Positions 58,751-64,000 of a stretch of DNA of 64,000 nt are shown in pieces; position 1 is the first letter of the stretch; the number at the start of each line of letters is the position of its first letter. Below the pieces are notes generated by a model. The model was not told the origin of the DNA. It saw only the letters and a program-made list of their open reading frames with translations, and searched no databases. The position numbers and the translations under genes are program-made. The DNA lies in assembly GCA_002269645.1 (NCBI GenBank), contig NIVC01000600.1, forward strand, positions 124,001 through 188,000. Direction: 5' to 3'. Source of the DNA: Macrostomum lignano. Lineage: Eukaryota.

Positions 58751-61700
58751 TCACTCCGAGGCCGTCAGCTGACAAGCGGTGACCAGCGGCGGAGTCGTGG
58801 TGCTGCAGCCGGCGGAGGTGGTGGTGTACACTGTGCCAGCGATGGAGCCCAGGCAGCTCACCGAGGGGAACAGCTGGGTGCCGTAGAACACCTGGTCGAT
58901 CACCCAGTCAGCCGAGTTGAACGGTTCCAGGGCGACGCCCGTTGACGTCGCTGCGGCAGCAGCCGCGGCGGCCGCCGCTGCCTCAGCTTCGAAGTAGGTC
59001 TGCGACAGCAGCTCCGAGATGAGGTACAGGGCGCTGCGCCGCTCCTGCTGCATCAGGCAGACGGTGGAGTTGCACACCACATCAGCCAGAATCTGTGCGG
59101 TTTGGAGGGATAATTTTAAATTCACCCAAAATGTTTCAAGCAGTCTTTTTTGAGCTGGAAACTTGGCATTGTTAAAATCCAGTCCCCAGCCTCACCTGTA
59201 GGTACAGCGTCCTTAGCTGAGCATCGGCAGGTGGAAAATGCGCAGCCAGGTAGGATTGAATTTTCACCCGCTGCTGTCTGGCATCCGGGAAGTCGATGAA
59301 GAACCTGGAGCACATGTACTTCTCCAGATGAGGCACGTCGAGTCCCTGAGCAGGCAGGTAGCCATCCACCAGGAGCTTGCAGTACTTCAGCAGGCCGCCG
59401 CCTCGGATCTGCTCGGGGCAACGGGTGCAAATCTCACGGCGCCGCAGGTGGCCAAATGCCTCCTCGAAGCAGCCGCTGGCAGCCTCCGCAACTACAGTCG
59501 GATAGAAGCGCTCGCTGATTGAGCTGGAGCTGGGCTGCACCTTGTAGAAGGTGATGAGCGAGTCCAGGATGATTTGGAAGCTGTCAACGGTGAACTCAAA
59601 CTGCCGGCGCATGTGGTCAACGAATTTGAGCTCGACAGTGAGTCCGTCTTGGCTGCCCAGGCTGAGCAGGAACCACCTGTCCGCGTGCTCAATCCTGGCC
59701 TGCTTAGACACGTACGCCTCCACCATCTGCAGTTGCTGGGGCAGCGGCCTCTTGGCCTGCGCATCCTGCTCAGTCTCAGAAGAAGTCTCTTCGGTTTTTT
59801 CATCGGCATCGCCGTGCTGCTCGTTCTGGCTGATCAGAAACAAGTGCAGACACTCCAGAACTGCTCTGCGAATGATGTCGACGGTGTCGCGAGAGCTGAG
59901 GTCGACGCCAAACAGAAGGTCAAGGTCATTGTACGTGTGGTACGGGTCCATGCCTGAGAAGGGAGCAAAAGACGTTATTTTAGTTTATTAAATTGGTTTT
60001 TATGCATTCACAACGCTATACATTTAGAAATATAAAGGGTCATGCGGCTGTGGGTTCTGAAGGCCAAGTACGGAAGACCAGAGTTTGAAGGCCCGAGACT
60101 CAGTGCCGAGGGATCAACGCACAATCCCTCTGGCTCTAGCTTAATACGAGATCAAGAGCTAAAAGACTAGATAGGCCAATCTGAGAATACGAGTATAACG
60201 CAAGAACTCGAACGGGCAGCAATAGAGTAGTACGAGCTACAAGTGATTGTCAACCCGCGGCAAAAATCAGAAAGCTCCACCGGCTGAACCTCCCGATACG
60301 CATTATTATTAACAATATAAATACGCCTCAAGTAGTGTCGGAACTGGAGAAGCGTTGGAAATTTGAGTTCGTGGGTGTGTGAATGAAAACATATGGCCAA
60401 TGCGTAATGACTATTTACTATGCCTGAGCCGAAGTCAGGCAGAGACACGGCCGGATAGTGAAAGAATGCAATCGGAGCAGAGCTGAGTAGAGAAGGGAAG
60501 AGACGTTGGGCCCGGAAAAGTGCAACTTGCAAAAACTGCCGACTGCAAAATAGCGCGTATCCGTTTGATATGAGTATCGATTTTTTGAGAGCTGTTTTTA
60601 CATTTGATTCTCCTCTCTCTCTCTCTTTCACTGGTGGTCGCCCCTGAGCACCCAAGTCGTGAGCAGTCTGTCGCAACAAAGCAATTTTCAATTCTAGCTT
60701 GTACAATGCTAACCAGAATACACAATTAAGTTGCTGCATTCATTCATTCATAAATTCGAAGTGGCAAATTGAAGCTCCCAGACACGGTTGAAACTTCAAC
60801 ACAATAAAATTAAGTCTGAAAAGATTTGATAAGACCGCAAATTGGTTATTTTTGCACCTGCAGGCTGGATAGCGCCAGAGTTTCAAGAATTGGTTAGTTA
60901 TACAGGAGAGGAAGAGGCTTGCATATTTCTGCTTGCATTGGCAGTTTTGCTGGCCTAGAAGGCCCTGTTGGATTTCAGTTCAGTGGTCCCTCTAAACTTT
61001 TGGAGAGCGCGCAGTCAGTTCAAGAAGGAGGGCTGGGGGGGGGCGGTTGGTTGCCAGAAAGTTTTATGCAGAGCGCAGCAAAGTGAGTCGAAATCAATTT
61101 GTGTAAACAGTCAGCCAACTCTTCTCCTTGTCTCTCCCCCGGCTCCGTCTTTCTGCAAGCAAATCAAATAGTGCGGTGGTGCGCATGGCACGTGCGTGCA
61201 AGCGGAGTCGGGGGCTGGAAAGTACAAGCGAACTACATTTCGGATTATTAAAATATGTTCACCAGCCATGCTCAGTGCAGTCTGTTTAATAAAACGCTTT
61301 ATTAAACGCTTCAATCCGGTCAGGTTTCCAAAATAAACATGTCATAAACAGCAGCAGCAGCAGCAACAATGGCCAGACCATTTTTTCGGCGAGCTAAATA
61401 TAAAACCACGTTTTCAATGCAACACGCGCTTCAGGACTGAAAGCAGAGAAAGAGAGACGGCGGGCAAGAGAAACTGCGCCGATGCAGATGGAGAGAAGCT
61501 GGCTAGGGGAGCAATAGAAAAGTTTGCTTATTAAAATTAGCGCGTTGAGTTTAATGTTATTCGGTGATAGCCCAGGTCAATGCCACAGCGGTAATGGGGG
61601 GAGGGGGCTGGCCCATCCTAACTCCGCCCGAAACAGACAATGCCCCCCTTCGCTCTCTCAGCTCGTGCCCTTGAAAATTGAATCAGCTGGTTATTGTGTG

Positions 61701-62526
61701 GATACGAGATGAAGAATAAGCGAATGCCAGTGTGCAGTCTCCGAATGCCATACAGGGCACGCGTTTCCCGCTTAGCTTGGGTAAACGAGCGAGCAGACTC
61801 AGGCACGGCTAAATATTATTTGCAGATCCAACTCATTCGAGCTCACACTGTTTGTTACATGCATGTAAATATTAACTTATTAACTAGCTATTGCTGCAGC
61901 AATCCAAGTTGTAGGAAAAGAAATTTCTCAGTCAAATATAAAGAAAGAAAAAGTGCCGACTCAGTTTATTGAGTTTACTAATTCATAGTTGAACTTTACC
62001 GATACTCCCAAGTTACATTGTTGCCAACTTGATACTTGAGCCTTGTTTCCTAATAGACTCAAGAAAGTTGCTGTTTGAAGCATCCACAGGTCAAGGGGGC
62101 GGGCTGGTCTCGCTTTTAAAGTTTGTAAAATTATACAATATTTCGAAATTTTAGTGTTACTTCTAGCGCTATTACGTATTATGCATTAATGATGACGCAA
62201 CACCCCCCGATTCGCTAAAACAACTCGTATAAAAAATAACCTCGCACAGTTCAGCGCTCACCAATGATGTAGGAAGCGCCACCTCCGTTGAGCCGGACAT
62301 CGCGAACGGGCACCCCGTCGGCCTCTAGGCGAGTCCGCACCCGCTGAACCCAGTCCTTGAGGGTGAGGCGCACCGGCGGGCAGCCGCCCAGGCCGTGAAT
62401 GGCGATCTCCTGCTCCATGAAGTTGTACAGACGCTCGACCTGCTCAAAGCACAGCACACTGTACCGACTGGAGTCGCGTCTCTGCTTGCTGTTGCACGTC
62501 TTCTCGTCTCTATGGTCACTGGTCAT
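58751..62526 (-). CDS. TENT5: Terminal nucleotidyltransferase 5 (TENT5/FAM46) non-canonical poly(A) polymerase, 3 exons: 62526-62262, 59953-59196, 59092-58751; 454 aa
   Basis: NGGGAS...YNDLDL catalytic motif, VELKFVDHMRRQFEFTVDSFQI, PEQIRGGGLLKYC, YMCSRFFIDF, NSTVCLMQQERR. Introns are GT-AG, phases 1 and 0. Acceptor CTAACCACAG 14 nt before the ATG. Confidence 0.95.
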
Positions 62527-63440
62527 GCTTGCAGTCAGCACTGTGGTTAGATGGGTGACAGACCTTGGCTGAGGTAAATACAAGCTAGAGAAGTGTTGCG
62601 CTGGAGAACACGAAACGGCTTTGTAAGTCTTGAAGGCCAAGGCTGCGAGAAAGAAAGCGCGGACTATTTATAAGCCTAGCTCAGCAGTTTTCACCCCCCT
62701 GTGCTGTTGAGCTAAATTTAAAATGTACACCTGACCCTCCTCAAAGCCTGACAGCAGCCCTCCAATAGGAGGTCGCCGCCAGCGCCTCCACCCGCACTGA
62801 ATGAATCTGATAAGTAAAGTTTTGGTTTGAGCTAGTCAGTAGCTTGAGTAGTCTGATTAATTACAGTTCGCATTGCGATCATAAATAACAATCAGATTGC
62901 CAACGGCGTGTAAGCTATCATTTCATCTTGGCACAACTGGGAGGTTGGATAGCAACACTGCTGAGCGCTGGCGTCGGGCTCAAAAAGAATTCCATCCAAC
63001 TCAATGCGTACATTGCGAAAGCAGAAGGCCGATGTTACAAAAATAGCCCATCCGGGGACGGGGGTCGAGCTTCTCCTATTTTGGTCGTCGGGTAGGGATG
63101 GGGATAGAATGAAACTGGAGGCGCTGTCCTTGCCCCCCCATCCGTCCCAAATCCCTGAAACTCTCGCGGGCCTCCATTCCGTGTTGACTCTCCGTAGTCC
63201 CATTGCGGCCAGGGATTGCCAGAGAGAGAGTCTGGACTGGAAGACTCACAAGTTTGGACTCGGTTCAAGGCTAAATAAGTCTTTTTTTAAACAAATTTAA
63301 AAAGAAGCAAAACTTAAAACGTCAAGCGCCGAGCAAGGTTAACGGAGAAAAAACTTGTCATTTGGTTTGTTTTGAAGATAAATCAAAGCTAAAGCCTGAG
63401 CTCTGCTTTCTGTCCAGATTTCTATAACTTTGAACAGTCC

Positions 63441-63671
63441 ATGTCCCTGCCTAAGGGGAAGAGGACTGAGTGGGTGGGATGCGGGGAGTGGGAGAGAACT
63501 GGTACAGAGCCGACCTTCGAGGCGGTGGTGGAATTTCCCAAGCCAACTCCGTCTAAAAAGGACGATACGGATCGACAGGAGCTTCTCGCTGTAGGAAAGC
63601 AGATACAGAGGAAGCTGGGCAGCCTGCTTTTCTGGCGGACTGCCAATATTGAGTTGCTAGGCTATTTTTAG
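63441..63671 (+). CDS. Possible small ORF or first exon of a gene divergent from TENT5
   Basis: ATG preceded 3 nt upstream by a TTTGAACAG acceptor-like sequence; 76 codons of normal complexity; no family recognised. Confidence 0.25.
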   Translation: MSLPKGKRTEWVGCGEWERTGTEPTFEAVVEFPKPTPSKKDDTDRQELLAVGKQIQRKLGSLLFWRTANIELLGYF

Positions 63672-64000
63672 ACACTTGGCCTTCCTCTATCCTCCCCTCT
63701 ACAGCGGTGGCTGTAGAGACGAAGCCTCTTCAATCGAGCATAAACGAGGAGAAAACCCGATGGCCTTCTCAGAGTGAACCGTCATCAGCCCGCGCCAGTC
63801 TCTGGAGGGGTGTGCAGGAAATTTCTTTGCCAACTTCTTTTCTGTAGTCTATTTTTAGCAGCAGAAATTTTCTTCCAAAAGCCCGTTTATAGCCCCGATA
63901 TAAAAATTCATGGACTGCCTTCTCTTCTTTTCCTTCTTCTCATGTTCCATCCAAGCTCTTACTCAAACTCAAGCCCTAGCTTCGATGCGTGGGTGGAAGG

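Noticed and set aside
62892-63300. ORFs upstream of TENT5 as extra coding exons
   Set aside because: No homology to TENT5 N-termini and no phase-compatible donor identified.

Overview
Eukaryotic (invertebrate) genomic DNA with GT-AG introns, GC-rich exons and introns filled with minisatellites. The style resembles a free-living flatworm such as Macrostomum; this is an inference, not a database result. Genes assembled by hand from splice signals and reading phase: the first coding exon of an FBXO22-like F-box gene (-), a 2-exon FabG-like SDR (-), a 5-exon CCDC47 (-), an 11-exon HGS/Hrs (+, 16142-43352), an intronless kindlin/fermitin nested on the same strand inside the 13.9-kb HGS intron 9, a 3-exon orphan gene made of two copies of an unrecognised ~110-aa beta-rich domain (+), an uncharacterised single-pass membrane protein (-) and a 3-exon TENT5/FAM46 poly(A) polymerase (-). 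Also present: three hAT-type MITEs with 8-bp TSDs, two tRNA-derived SINE-like copies, a Crypton/DUF3504-like remnant, a Helitron-like hairpin satellite and about 20 tandem arrays. Best leads: the same-strand nested, divergent kindlin; minisatellite units that are homotypic transcription-factor motif arrays (RFX X-box, FOX+AP-1, GATA, CCAAT); the two-domain orphan protein; a local CpG-decay footprint around the CCDC47/HGS divergent promoter; and splice acceptors just upstream of most start codons (possible SL trans-splicing). Most long ORFs in the supplied track are repeat artefacts. No database searches were run; family assignments rest on recalled sequence motifs.
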